A stretch of 63,042 nucleotides of DNA, counting the filler, from Choristocarpus tenellus KU-1152 (taxonomy: Eukaryota > Protista > Phaeophyceae): the NCBI GenBank assembly GCA_964200185.2. It is 8 parts of 8 records of this genome, joined end to end, with 100 filler letters (N's around TTAATTAATTAA, not from the genome) between each part and the next. Parts side by side here need not be neighbours in the genome. Positions count along the whole stretch, not along the records: positions 1 to 5,404 come from CAXNAD020010894.1; positions 5,505 to 12,082 come from CAXNAD020007834.1; positions 12,183 to 15,346 come from CAXNAD020021839.1; 5 more parts are not named here. One strand, written 5' to 3'. A program made the position numbers and the translations under genes. Every line of letters begins with the position of its first letter. Within the stretch, counting starts at the first letter, position 1. Of the stretch, positions 1 to 12,660 are shown in pieces. The notes under the pieces are model-generated. The model did not search any database. It was given only the letters and a program-made list of their open reading frames with translations, and had not been told where the DNA came from.

Positions 1-184
1 CGAAATATTTCGGAGTCGGTAAATGTCATAAAAAAAACCCATGGGAAGTCAAGCCCTACAAATGTATACATTTTACCTATTACGATTTTGGAGTCGGAAA
101 ATGTCATAAAAAAATCAATGGGAAGCCAAGCCCCACAAATGGATAAACAGGGAAAAATTCGTACCCTCTAAGATAGTTTCACTC
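1..184 (+). mobile_element. MITE family A, partial copy with an internal duplication
   Basis: Starts inside the CGAAATATTTCGGAG palindrome. The GGAGTCGG..AAATGTCAT..GGGAAG.CAAGCCC block occurs twice. Ends with the family terminus GTACCCTCTAAGATAGTTTCACTC. Confidence 0.85.
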
Positions 185-899
185 ATTGATAGTATCTCAG
201 CAGATAGCTACAACTACGTGGTAGAGAAGTAGTGTAGTGAGTAGTGCCTCTGATCACAGGTCAGGATAGTCTCCAGACAAGAAGAATGCATCAAAGAATA
301 CTGACAAAGAATTCCACTCGTTGTCTACAGAATTACATGCAGTATGAAGAAGTTGTTACAACAATCCTGTCCATATCTACCATCATACTGGGTACCCTTT
401 TGTCTCACGTGCAATATCCATAACGGGCTGTAGTCGATTTTCTATGGCTGGAATGGGATACTGAAGCACATAATAATGTGCACGCGAAACAGAGGGGGCT
501 GCTCCTTTTAAAACATAGATCAGATAGTTGGATCGTAGGTCATCCCACTTTAGTCTATTTGATAGACCCCAATAAACAGATGTCCAACGATCCAAAAAGA
601 TTATGGAGAGTTCTAGTGTCACTCGTCTAGATCGCATACCTTTACTCCATCCAAATAATTATCGCAAAAACGTCGGAAAAAAAAATAATGCGGTAGCGTT
701 TCACTGCCCAGAAACGCTCAGGCAGATCCAGGACAAGGTTCGAGGGAGGAGGCAGGGTCACAAGCAGAGGTGGCTGAGCCTGATATATGAGAGGCATGGC
801 ATGAATGGAGGCAGTACAATAAATAACCGTTGTGTAACAGCTGGTGGCAATAGTTGTATGAAAGGTACTGCAATGTGTAGTAGGTCTATCGTTGGGTGA

Positions 900-1900
900 G
901 GATTGTTCATAGACAGGTAGGTAAATTGAAGATGATAATTTGGTTGGTTGGGGGTGTCTGAAATGCGTGCAAAGTCGTCATGCAAATATCTCAAACACCC
1001 ATCCATACCACCTTCAAAAAGGATGTTCTCCTATTTCAAAAATGGTGTTCTCCCTCTCATATTAAACATACATACTACTTGTAAATGCACATAACTATAT
1101 TACACAACGTTTAAAATAGAACTCCTCAGTACATAATACAGAAGATAGCGCTCAAATTCGGAACACCAATAATCGAAAGATTTTTTTTGTAAGACGTAGC
1201 AAGAAATAGTTAACTCCCCAAAAAACTGGATAGGTTTGAACTTCACCATCAGTAACAACAATTAGTCCAAAATGGGGAGTATGTCTACTCACAATGGAAA
1301 AGTTACTGGTACATGTAAGAACAAATTAAAACAACTCTCCTACATCCACGTAGATGCCACACTACCAATACCCAACAAGACGGTATCCTCGGACAGACCC
1401 TTTACCCAACCCAAAGCTTTTCAGATAGAGTCACAACACTTACTGTAATAATGTGTGTGTGGGGGGGGGGGGGAGTGACTGTGATCTGACCAGCACCAGG
1501 CTGCTTCTTCCTCCCCAATACGCTGAGACGTCAATGAAGTGCTTGACTCTCCACGCTCCGTACACCTACCTACATGTACCACCTTCAGTTTTGTTCCTCC
1601 GAAGTAAACCCTGGACTTTTCAGATACCCAATATCTTGAAACACGCAAGACCTTAGCACCACGAGCACCAGTTTTTCTCAGGCTCTCCCATCTTCCCCTT
1701 CCATTGTTCTTCTGGACAATAGTTGTGCCCAAAATAGGATAATTCGTTTGTTTGATGTACATCATCACTGGATATAATTCGTTTGAACCATCCTCTATCA
1801 CAAACTTTCTGGCTATTTTGATATGCCATATTATATGCCTTGTTTATATTATACGTGGTGGATTGAGTCCATAGATTTATTTGTTTGTAAATTTCAAAAA
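900..1900 (-). pseudogene. Degenerate PIF/Harbinger-like transposase relic
   Basis: Minus-strand translation gives GWFKRIISSD, FGLGKGSVRGY (HTH-like), LFEGGMDGCL (first catalytic D, cf. GC.GA.DG) and YLSMN in Harbinger order. Stops and frameshifts throughout. Confidence 0.4.
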
Positions 1901-2299
1901 TTAAAGTTGTTTTCCAAATTCTTCTAGAAGTAATTTTCTAAATAATGGAAGGATATGTATCACACATAAAAAGTCTCCTTGAAGAACACAGCAAATATTT
2001 TCTGTTGTAGTAACGATTTTATTTTTTCGACTTTGAATGTTCAAATCGTAGAAGTGATTGCACCTAGATCACTCCAAAAATAGAGTTACTATTATTGGAA
2101 TGATATCAGCATTCTCTTCTTGTTCCTTGGTTGTTGTTGATTAGTTTTTATCGATTAATAGATCGAGTTATTGAGAGATAAATATAGTGAGTTAGTCCGC
2201 AAAAGAATAAAAATAAAAACGATCATGTTTCCCTTAGAATGTAAAAAACAAATGTTCGTTGCTGAAGGGTATGGATGATCCACACACACACCACCCTAT

Positions 2300-3900
2300 C
2301 TTTGATACTTGAAAGAGCAGAACTAGCGGAGGAATTGGATCAGGCGATTCAAGTCCTAAACCTCGAATACTCTGTTTGAAATTCTCTGGTCTGCAAGGGG
2401 TTGTGAGTGGTGCAGGACATTGATGAGGAGAAGGCCAGCATTAATCCCAGTACTAAGGTCCTCCTCTATCGGTGCCTATCAAATCAAAACCAAGTGTGAG
2501 TGTGAGACCTCATCAGCAAGTTGCTGGATATTGTAGCTCGGAAGCAACGATTGGCATCTTCTAGGAAACAGGCATGTCTGTTAACCACTCCCTCCACACA
2601 TAGTTTCCATCTCCTTCAAACTATCTGGTCGATGCATCTTTGATCCCAAAAATCCTACGGACACTTCTAGATCACCTCAACAGCCCGCCTCTCGGTTCGA
2701 TGACACGTTGATCAAAATGTGTATTTTACGTCTTTGAGTTGTCGAGAAATAGTAAGGATTGTCCTGCAGGACACTCTTCGTATCTGCTTTTCAGGGATAG
2801 CATTGCCACTCCTCACGTGTGAAACGAAGGGGCGTTACTTTTCCCAGATCTACCCAATACTGACTGCTGAGTTCATTCGTCGTTTTCGAAGGACAGCGAG
2901 AACCTGGGCTGTACCATAGAAGCAGTCGGAGGTGATGAAGGCAAAGGGTGAAAAGGCTGAGGAGAAGGCGAAGGTTATGACCTCCGCCACGCTCAGAGTT
3001 ACAGACTACATAACTTCGGCACAGAGACCTGTCGAATATGTGGCGGAGTTTACTAGAGGTGGTTGGTAAGAATCTGTCGTATTGAAATGACCACGGTGGG
3101 ACCCCATTAAAGACTTGAACTCCCAGAGTATCAGTGCTTGGCGGTAATGCCATCCAAACCTTCATGTGTTCATTCAGGACAGTGTGCTCTTGAATCGTAG
3201 ATCTCGTCATTTTTTCTCCACCCCTCCCACTGGCACTTCGTGCCCTTTACTGCATTTTTTCTTCTATATCACAACGCATGCTCTCATTACAACGTTGCTT
3301 TGACAAAGGTTTATTCTGCAAGTAGATAGCTACAATGAACCCAAAGAAATTTTTTGCCCTTGTGCCCAATCTTTGGCAGAGCATTTCTGAGCGCTCCTAA
3401 TACCGAGCACTCCTGATACAGAGATGCGGTGGCGTACCTCTTGTCCATTCTGTATATCCTTTAGTGTAAACTATTTTGCCTTTGATGCAACATTTCTTCC
3501 TATGACAGGATATGGCGGACCTCGCACCGCTATAGAGATTGGCTGGCTCTGAAGGATGAAATCCAGACCGAGTTCGGAACGCGCCATCTCCCGCCTAAGT
3601 CTTTATTTCCGGAGAAGCAAAATATGGTGACGATGAGTATGTTTTGAGGGGGTATCAATACCTTTTAGCTTTGGATGTTCCCGTTTATCACTCTGTAGTG
3701 ATTTCTCGGAGTATTCTGGTGGATACTCTGGCTAGTCTTTGTTGCTTGATGATGAGTTGTTCCCCAAAGGGGACACGGGTACAATGGTGATACAGTCAAT
3801 TATGTCCATTTCTCCCAATCCTGTTGATTTTATTGCATGTGACTATTGAGTGGGGTTCATTGAATTATCACTTCAATGGTGCAACGCATGTGCCCTTGCA
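2300..3900 (-). mobile_element. Degenerate non-LTR retrotransposon RT region (RLE-type, CRE/NeSL/R2-like)
   Basis: Ordered decayed motifs on the minus strand: RVPFGEQL (cf. RPIA.GE), QECSVLGAL (cf. QG..LG.L), AIYLQN (cf. AYLDD), GVQVFNGVP (cf. G.K.LG.P), EPRGGL (cf. LP.R.GGLG). Confidence 0.45.
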
Positions 3901-4830
3901 AAACATTGTTGGTATCCCACCTAAACGCCGAGCATAATATGTTACATTTTTTCCAATACTTTGACCTGTTCTCATATGGTAAAAGTATTCATCGAGGAGT
4001 TTTAGCCCAAAATGCCTCGAATATAGCTCCTCTTCTTTTACCGCAGAGCTGGAGAATGTTGATGCACACCAGAGGTGGGTGTATGGACGCTCTGGGTGCA
4101 ATAGTCCTATATATATATATATATATATATATATAGCCTTCATTCATGAGGTTGCTATGTTTGCTTGCCATCTCGAACCTCAATTGTTGCTCCTCCAGGA
4201 CTCACCGATCGTGTTTTCCGTGCAAGTAGAAGTCTGATCATTAAGGCATGTTTTGCGTCAAAATTGATAGTATTGCTCTTCACAGCAGCTAGATCATTAA
4301 GGCATGTGCTCTATTCCACACCCCTCCAAAGTGTAACCAAACTTAGCTCCGCTCTGTACACATGGGCTGGCTCACTTGCACAGGGGGATATATTGGTGAA
4401 TGTGATCGAGTCATGCCAGGGCTGCAGGGCTGACTGTGGGCCGTTGGGTTTGCTTGAGGAGCGCAGGCGAGGCCTCCAGGTGAGTTCAAAGAAGTTTCTG
4501 TGAAAGTTCCTGATGTTGGGGGAGGGGGAGGAGTTGGGTCAGTGCAAGAAAAGCTGTGAGAAGAAGGGGTCTTGGTAGTGCTCTGAAATGAAAAAAAAGC
4601 ATTTGTAAGTGCAAGTTATGTCGGCTCAAAATAAATAAATAAATAAAAATGTGCTAAACTTGATAAGGACTAAATGGCATGCACATCTGTAGAGCCCGGT
4701 GGCGCTCCGTGGCACTTGGTGACCAGACAATACAGCGTGCATACCCACCATGAGAAACAACCCATATTTGTTTTGTTTTGTTTTCTTATTTTTTCAGTTT
4801 CGATTGTTGCACTTTGTAAAACTCGACCTT

Positions 4831-5108
4831 GAGTGAAAGTATCTTATTAAGAGAGGGTATGAGTTTCGCCCTGTTCGTCCATTTGGGGCTTGGCTTCCCG
4901 CGGGATTTTTATTTCATTTTACCTATTCTGAAACATAACATGTTTTGGAGTAGGTAAGACGTGTACGTTATTAAAAGGTGTGTCCGGAACAAGGATGGAT
5001 ATTGACATCTCCTAATGAACAGGATAGACAAGGTTACATCAAAATTGCAACATTGGATTTTGGCCCCCAAATGGACACGGCTCTCTACCCTCTAAGATAC
5101 TTTGGTTC
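4831..5108 (-). mobile_element. MITE family A, full copy
   Basis: GAGTGAAAGTATCTT...TACCCTCTAAGATACTTTGG terminal inverted repeats (TIRs) and the central palindrome; similar to other copies along its length. Confidence 0.85.
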
Positions 5109-5308
5109 TCTTGGGTCAGGTGGTAACATCTTGTTTGATAGTAGTTGGGTTACTGAGCCGTGGTTTGGGGTTACTGCAGCCTCTTCAATCCCCCGCAGGT
5201 CATGGCACGCTGGGCTATTATCTATATCACATTTTGAATTTTGAATTTCCTTCCAGAGCGATTCGACTTTTGCAACCACTCGGAGTAGATCTTCCGAGAG
5301 ATCATTCT

Positions 5309-5345
5309 GGCTCATAGTATCTTGGGGGGGAGGGGGGGGGGGGGG
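5309..5345 (+). mobile_element. MITE family B, left terminus only
   Basis: GGCTCATAGTATCTT followed by poly-G. Confidence 0.55.
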
Positions 5346-5404
5346 GGTTATTGTGTTTGGTGCAGTGAGTGCAAAAGCAGAGGGGGGATTGGGAGTATTG
5401 TGGG

Positions 5405-5504
5405 NNNNNNNNNNNNNNNNNNNNNNNNNNNNNNNNNNNNNNNNNNNNTTAATTAATTAANNNNNNNNNNNNNNNNNNNNNNNNNNNNNNNNNNNNNNNN
5501 NNNN
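5405..5504. other. Artificial contig spacer (N44-TTAATTAATTAA-N44)
   Basis: Identical 100-nt six-frame stop linker, also at 12083, 15347, 19829, 22802, 29257 and 35036. Confidence 0.98.
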
Positions 5505-6213
5505 ATTGATTGTTCCATTACTCCGTACATATTTTACCGTAACTGTCCGATAGAGTTGGAAGAGTCTAATCGAACACTACCATCTTACTTCCTCAACAGC
5601 ACCTGTAGGTTGGTGATGGCAAACGCTGTATTTGAGGAGCTAGAGCTGCGACATGCCAATGTAGAACAAGCCGTTGTGCAAGTGAATATGTCAAGGAGAG
5701 ACAATTACATCGAACTGTCAGAGGATGTGGCAGCAGCTCTAGGAATTTTGGGAAAGTTCAAGACCTTTGTATGGCTTGGTACAGGTATCGCACAACTGGC
5801 ATCTCAAACAAATTGGGACTCTCAAAGGGCTAGGTTTCGAGCAATGCGAGACTGGCCCCTGTTTGCTTCGTCTTGTGGAACACGGAGTGATGGAAGTGCT
5901 GATAGCCACACGTGTGGATGACCTGTTGATGGCTAGTCGCTCTCGCAGGAGAAGGGCAGGGCGGTGGTGAAAACTCTGAACAAGGAATTCCCTGTGAAGG
6001 GACTTGGAGTATGTAAAGCTGTAATATGGGATGCCGTATTTCACGGGATCGTAAGCTGAGGACGCTGGAGATCTATCAAGTGTATGTGGAAGGGCTGGAG
6101 GAACATTTCGAGATCACCAAAGAGTACAATGTGCCTGGATCTACAACCAGACATCTGTCTGAGAAGGATTCATGTGTGGAGCTGGACCCATCTACTCCAT
6201 ACAGGGAAGCAAT
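5505..6213 (+). mobile_element. Ty1/copia reverse transcriptase fragment (host element, 5' part)
   Basis: LRHANVEQA (cf. DV..AF), YGLVQ, GFEQCETGPCL, ATRVDDLL (cf. YVDD), PYREA; frameshifted. Confidence 0.85.
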
Positions 6214-8153
6214 TGTTTAATCCTATTTCTTATGAGTTGTGTGTTGTTGTGATGTGTCTGGTTTGTGACGAAGGAGATCATAGCGCAACAAAGCACTGAT
6301 GAATTTGTTCTGGTAGGTTTGATGACATGTTGTATTCAGTCAGACAGTGTTCGATGTTTAGGTATATTTGGTTGTGGTGTGATTAACACGGTTAGAGGCA
6401 AGTGCGTGTCATAGCGCAACAAGACACCTGCTAGTTCGGTTTGATGTTTCTGAAGGGATGTCCTACTCAATCAGAGACTTGGTTGAAGTGAGATGGGTAC
6501 TGGTATGTCTGTACCATATTTTACTCAAACAGACGGTGATTGATAGAAACTGTGTGGTCATTCATTGAGACATTCAAATAATGAAGAAATTCATTCTCTG
6601 TGAAGAGGGTTGTCACCTTGACAGAGAAGGGTTTCGAAGAATGCTTTTAACTATGTTTATATTGCACCCCGGTGTGTTTCTTATACGTGTTTCAGAGTGA
6701 TGGGATGTAATGAGAGGGGGCAATGTCAGTCAAGTAAAAATAATAATCAACACGTCCTATGCAACTGATATCTTCTTGCGTCATGGAGAAGAAGTAAAAA
6801 CAAAGAAGAAGCAAGAAGACAGAATTATATCCATATCTAACGTAACTAATGTTTCATGTAGTATGTTTGTGTGTATGAGGGTATCGACTGTTCCTACGCT
6901 TTCCATCCACTGTGACGTACTTACAGAGGTTGAGTAAGGTGTGATGATGAGCTAATGACAGGAATGGGAATAGCGACTAGCAATGGACGAATCAGCATTC
7001 AGTGTGAGCTGACGATGCTGTGCAATATAGGCTGGTAGTCTATTTGGTTTATAGGTGTTTAATGACCACTACTAGGCAACAGGAATGTTGACTAAGTAGA
7101 ACAAGTGTCATTGCCTTGATTTCTTGTCCTTAGAGTAATAGGTTCGAATCTTAGATTATTGATTTCGTATTACTTGATATAAATGAATTGAATGAAGATT
7201 ATTGACGTAGTAACAGCTACACAGGATAATAAGTGACATAGTACGACCAACGTCAGGACAGAGTTTAATGTGTCGGCTGACGTACCAGCTGACGTGTGCA
7301 ATAACATAATAAGAGAGAGCACCCCCCTCCTCAAGGGATAGTGCTCACTCCGATAGTGCTCACTCCGCTAATAAATGCATCCATACAACACAATGCAAAG
7401 ACTCTATATTGGAATAGCTTCTCTTTTGCATAAGTTATGAGCCTCACACGATTCCCCTTCGCAAGGGAATAGGGTATTGGCCTCATTGGTATGTAAGCGG
7501 ACTCCCGTATGCTGCCACTATCTATGGAGTGGAGCGCGGGGGCATACACGGGCGAAGCGGGTAGAATGGCGAATGGCGCTGGAGAGCTATGCGGGCGGCA
7601 AGAGACTGTACTGCATCCTACAATCAGCATGCAGCATTCCTGCACCTCCCACAGCTGATACATCATTCAAGGAACACTGCGCGTACGATGAATTCGCCAG
7701 GCATCGCGAAGCCTTGTGGTTCCTGCTGGGACAGACCACGAGGGGTGCTGCAGCTATGGTGGTCAGCTCGTATGGTCAACATGTACGAGAGGAGGCAGCC
7801 CCGACAGGAGGGCAGCCTGTCTTGAATTAGAGCAGATCTATGGGGAGCGCGCTGTGAGTCAGCGACCCATGCAGCTCATAGCTCCAGAGATGAAATTGTG
7901 CGACATGTACTGCTCGTCAGTGGAGGACACTGTAGATTTCGTCATTCGTCTCGATCATATCTGGACAAGAGTACGAGCAGCTGGAGGCAGCCAAGATCAT
8001 GCCAAGAAAGGAGCTCTGATCATAGGCATCAGGGACAGCATGCCGCAGGTATTTGCGCAGATGTGTCCGTGTGGAGGACAAGATCCCCATGCAGCGCGAC
8101 AAAGGATGCATGGAGGACGAGATCCCTGTGCAGCTCACCGGAAGTCGTGCGAC

Positions 8154-8525
8154 CTTGTGGTTCCTGCTGGGACAGGCCACAAAAGGGGGGCCGCAGCGAT
8201 GGTGATCAGAACTCATGAGAGTAACAGCTGCCCCGATGGAGGACTGCCTGACTCGAACAGGAGCAAATGTATGGACGGCATCACAAGGCCTTGTGGTTCC
8301 TGCTGGGACAGGCCGCAAAGGGGGCTGCAGCGATGGTGATCAGCTCTCATGAGAATGACAGAGCCCCGATGGAGGGCTGCCTGACTCGAATAGGAGCAAA
8401 TGTATGGAGGGCATCACAAGGCCTTGTGGTTCCTGCTGGGACAGGCCGCAAAGGGGGCTGCAGCAATGGTGATCAGCTCTCATGAGAATGACAGCAGCCC
8501 CGATGGAGGGCTGCCTGGCTCGAAT
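8154..8525 (+). repeat. ~134-bp tandem repeat (about 3 units) of a gag N-terminal segment; another copy at ~7712
   Basis: CCTTGTGGTTCCTGCTGGGACAG starts at about 7712, 8154, 8289 and 8422. Confidence 0.9.
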
Positions 8526-8744
8526 TGGACCCAGATAAGAAAAAACAGAGGAGGAGGAGGCTTGTAAGCAAAGGGCTGCCTGCACAAGACTTGCTGCTTG
8601 TGCTGAGAAGCCTGCAGGGTAGACCAGGTACCCAGAGCACATCCAGGAACAACTATGGAGGTACAGGGCACCTTCAGATCGTTTGTCGCCAGAGGAGAGC
8701 GACACTGTCTAGACAAGCTGGTGACCTCAGCACAGGTAACGTTT

Positions 8745-8919
8745 GGCTCGTAGTATCTGGGGGGGGGTAGCGGCTGTCCATTAGGGTCAATTTTTTTATG
8801 TTGCGATTTTTGAGTGATTTGGTTGCATACATCGGATGATGTAAATGCGCTTTTCCTGATTTTGGTGCAAATGGACACCCTGGTATACCCACCCACCCAC
8901 CCCACAGATACTTTGGGTC
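8745..8919 (+). mobile_element. MITE family B, full copy, TSD TTT
   Basis: GGCTCGTAGTATCTGGGG...CAGATACTTTGGGTC flanked by TTT/TTT. Confidence 0.9.
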
Positions 8920-9591
8920 TTTCAGCCTGAAGCCAAACTGCTGGAGTCAGTGGGGGAGCCAGAGCTGGACATACTTGGGGAGTTGGAGCTTCCTGATGGC
9001 CGCGCCGTCAAGGCAGAGAAGGCAATCTATGGGCTGAAGCAGTCAGCAATGGAATGGTAACATGAACTACGCAACACTATTTTAGCAGAAGGGTGGACGA
9101 GCAGTCAACACAACGAGTGTTTCTACTTCAAGAAGAGTGAAGACGGACGCATTGCCATCCTTACTACCTATGTGGACGACACTGTCACCACTGGGGAATT
9201 CACAGAGGAGTCCAGAGGATGAGGGCACCACTGCTGGAGAATTACGAGGGGCGGGACCTAGGTACGCCAGACAAGCTGACTGGGGTGGGCATCACTGTGG
9301 GTGAGGACGGCATCACCCTGGACCAACAGATGCAGATCAGTGGCAGGAGACCATGGAGTAGGAAATGACAGAATTATGGAAGAAGGGGACTTTTGGCATT
9401 ATGTATATTCCAACACGCAAGCAATCGGCAAACATGTTAACCAAGTCTTCACGTAAGAGTTTCATTTCTGATAGCTACACAGGATAAGTGACATAGTACG
9501 ACCAACGGCAGGACAAATTTTGATGTGTCAGCTGATGTGTCAGCTGATGTGTGCAAAAACATAATAAAAGAGAGCACCCCCCACCCCAACA

Positions 9592-10500
9592 GTGGGGTCA
9601 TTAACCTGGATAGTGATCATGACCAGGCCTGATATCGCCAATATGGAAACAACGGTGACCAGATTTAGCTTAGCCCAGGGCAGAGGCATTGGGAAGCTGT
9701 TACACAGATTTTGGGATATGTGAGTCACACAAGGAGGACTGACATCACACATGACGGAAAGCTGGAAAGGCATCCGGAGGCATTTGCTAGTGCAGAACTT
9801 TGTATCTGAGCTGGACCAGCAGAGGTCTGTATCTGGGGGACTACTTACCATTGGGAGTATTGCATTATCGTGGTGTTCTAAGATGCAGAAGGGGGCGGCT
9901 CTGTCTATGACAGAAGCTGAGTATGTGGTTCTAAGCACCATGGCTAATGAAGTGCTCTTCTTGAGACAGGTACTGGAGTTTGCAACCTGGAGAGGACCAC
10001 TTGAGTCAAAGTATCTTACAGGGTAGAGCTGCGTCCATTCGGGGGCCAAAATCCAATGTTGCGATTTTTGTGTTTGTTAGGAAGTGTCCATATCCTTATT
10101 CCAGACACACCATTTCATAACATACACATTTTACCTACTCCGAAACATTTTGGAGTAGGAAAATGTCAAAAAAATACCTTGTGAAGTCAAGCTTCAAATG
10201 GACAAATAGGGCAAAAATCGTACCCTCTAAGATAATTTCACTCACTAGTTGCACCTTGATGTACAAGAACAATGAGGGGGTAGTGAAGCTATCGGGAAAC
10301 CCAATCAATGGGTTTAGGACAAAGCATATTGACGTACGCCACCATTTCCTTAAGCAGTTGGTTAGTGACAAGATTATAGAGGTTGTACATGTGGTATCAG
10401 AGGAGTAACATGCGGAATTTCTCATCAAGTCTCTCAATGGAGATAGTTTTATGTACCACGTGGGGGCTGCAATGAATTTCTGATGCTTTGATTTCTCAGG
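9592..10500 (+). mobile_element. Ty1/copia RT end and RNase H (host element, 3' part)
   Basis: VGSL.W....TRPDI, RSVSG, ALSMTEAEYV, RTKHIDVRHHFL. Confidence 0.9.
10003..10243 (+). mobile_element. MITE family A, full copy inserted in copia RNase H
   Basis: GAGTCAAAGTATCTTACAGGGTA...TACCCTCTAAGATAATTTCACTC; copia reading resumes on both sides. Confidence 0.9.
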
Positions 10501-10959
10501 ATGATGCGCATGAGGATTTGAAGTGAAGCTAGGGTAAACCTAGGATCAGTGTTGCGTTGTGATGGAACATTGTGAGCACAGTAGCAGAGGATGTTCGCAT
10601 AAGGAAATGCTTTTGAGGTACTGTACACACTAAGTGTTGCTTTAGTAGACATGAAGTAGTAATTATGTACATAGCAAGATAATATAGGCAGTACGGTAGA
10701 TTAGTAACGGATGGGGATATTGGAATATAGTGATGTTGAAGTAACACTCTAGGAAATGTTTCAGTTGGTGATCTACCAAATTGTTTGAAAGCGTGATTGT
10801 AGAGAGTAGGCACTACCCCCCCCTTATGGATAGGACTCCCTCTTCGCTGTAACTTTATAAGCACATTCTACATCATCTTCTTCTTGGCGAAGCAACAATC
10901 TCTTTGGTAGTGTGCAAATACCTACATCTACTTTTGAATAAAAATATAAAACACATTCT

Positions 10960-11205
10960 TGACAGACCTGTGCATAGCTTTGACCTTTAATGTAATGAAC
11001 TGGTACTTTTTAATAACTGATACGCGTAACTTTGACCTTCAAGTGAACTGACTGGGAATTCTAAACTTGCAGTGTTCATAGCTTTGACCACAAGTAACAG
11101 GGAACTCAAATTAATGAAGGAGGCATCACAGGTTAGGACCCTGCCACACAGCAGAAATTGGACAACAATCTCAACCAATGATGTTCTCCGTAACATCAAC
11201 AAGAA
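10960..11205 (-). pseudogene. Degenerate Harbinger-like transposase, N-terminal/HTH part
   Basis: FLLCGRVLTCDASF...VVKAMNTASLEFP...QSYAYQL resembles R.LAGG.Y.D...V..A.N....FP....A..F. Confidence 0.35.
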
Positions 11206-12082
11206 ATCGTTGGAATACAGCTAGGAGAAGGGGGGCTGTGAGAAAAGTTTCAAATATCCACTTCCTTGGAGTTTAGCAATAGTACTATAGCTCTACCCAC
11301 CATGTTCTGGTCGGAGAAAAAAGTCAAACATTTACTTGCTACCTCTGTGCCATAAGTTTGTGTCGCGAAACATCTGGGCTTGCCGAGCGAGAATGGCGCC
11401 GAATCGGTCAATAACCCCAAAGAATGAAATCGGGTTGACAATCTCAATTTTCAGGAAAGGTGGGGGTCGAGGATGTGAAGGCAATGCTCAATCTTTTTTA
11501 GAGAATAACATGTCGCCTCCACCAAACCCAACTGGTACACCGGCAATTCTGATAACTGATTTATTCGAAGGAATACCCTGGGAGACTCACGTAAGCAAGA
11601 AAAGGTAGGCAACGGACAAACCAGGATACCATTCCGGTTTGTGCCAATCGGGACTGATTGGACCCTGCCTCATGACAATAATAGTAACAGTAATAGTAAT
11701 GATAACAGCAGTAGTGTCTGTTGTGGTGACAGAACCAGCAGAATGTGTAGTGTACAATACATGCATATATTGTACTACCCCCATGCCATAAGTCTGTGCC
11801 GCATTGTCCATAACATTTGAAGATGAAATTCTTTTCTGAAACAAGATTCGGAAGCCTTGAAGAATTTCTGGTCAGGGTCAGCTCTTTCCGTGGTTATTAC
11901 TCCCTAAAACAGCCTCTCACCAAAATTGAGGATGGAGCATACTATGGACGATGGGTTTCACCCAAAATGGTGCGCCGAAAGTGCCCATATATATTTTTTG
12001 TAACTATTGCAGCACTTTTTGAGGGCCCCTTTTTGAATGGTATATATTGTTGTTCAAAAACTATTTCGGTGCTTGTGGAGGG

Positions 12083-12182
12083 NNNNNNNNNNNNNNNNNN
12101 NNNNNNNNNNNNNNNNNNNNNNNNNNTTAATTAATTAANNNNNNNNNNNNNNNNNNNNNNNNNNNNNNNNNNNNNNNNNNNN
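12083..12182. other. Artificial contig spacer
   Basis: N44-TTAATTAATTAA-N44. Confidence 0.98.
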
Positions 12183-12214
12183 GTTCTTTCATGAGATACT
12201 CCACGAAAGAAGTC

Positions 12215-12660
12215 CATGCTCTGTGGAGAGGCTTGTCACCTTGACTGGCAAGGGTTTCCGCGGATGGTTATAACTCTGACTATATTACATCCAGGTGTGC
12301 GTTAGGCACACGTAATGCAGAGTGAGGTTGGTGCATTATCTAGGATAAATGACAACCACGAGAGAAATAATAATCAACAATTAACGTACAACTGTCAAAA
12401 CTGTAACCTTCTGGTGATAAGAAGAAGAGAAAAAAAAAGATCAAACGAGAGAACAGAACAAACTTGAATCAATATGTGATGCAACTCAAGTGATGCATAT
12501 ACTATACCTGTGTGTAGAAAGAATGCAGAGCGACTGTTCTGTACTGCGGTATTTTGACGGTAAATGATGTGGTGATGATGAACCAGTAACAGTAACGACC
12601 AGTGCGTAACAGACCAATGAACAGTCAGTGTTAGCTGGTGGAACTGTATCGTATCAAGGA
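12215..12660 (+). repeat. LTR/3'UTR-like repeat related to ~6590-7030
   Basis: Shared GAGG.TTGTCACCTTGAC...AAGGGTTTC and AAATAATAATCAACA blocks. Confidence 0.6.

Larger units (their letters stand above)
6214..9591 (+). mobile_element. Nested LTR-element insertion: LTR-like sequence plus an internally deleted copia (gag repeats, RT fragment)
   Basis: Begins TG and ends CA. Direct repeats at 7213-7330 and 9472-9585. Gag-like ALWFLLGQ..GAAAMV..PDGRAA.LELE motif; RT motifs KAIYGLKQS and LTTYVDD at 9010-9180. Confidence 0.7.

Noticed and set aside
7130-7160. tRNA genes at GGTTCGAAT-like motifs (also 26855, 49447)
   Set aside because: Isolated T-loop-like words without an acceptor stem or anticodon arm.
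8154-8525. Repeat-spacer array
   Set aside because: The sequence between the conserved cores is also repeated and derives from gag.
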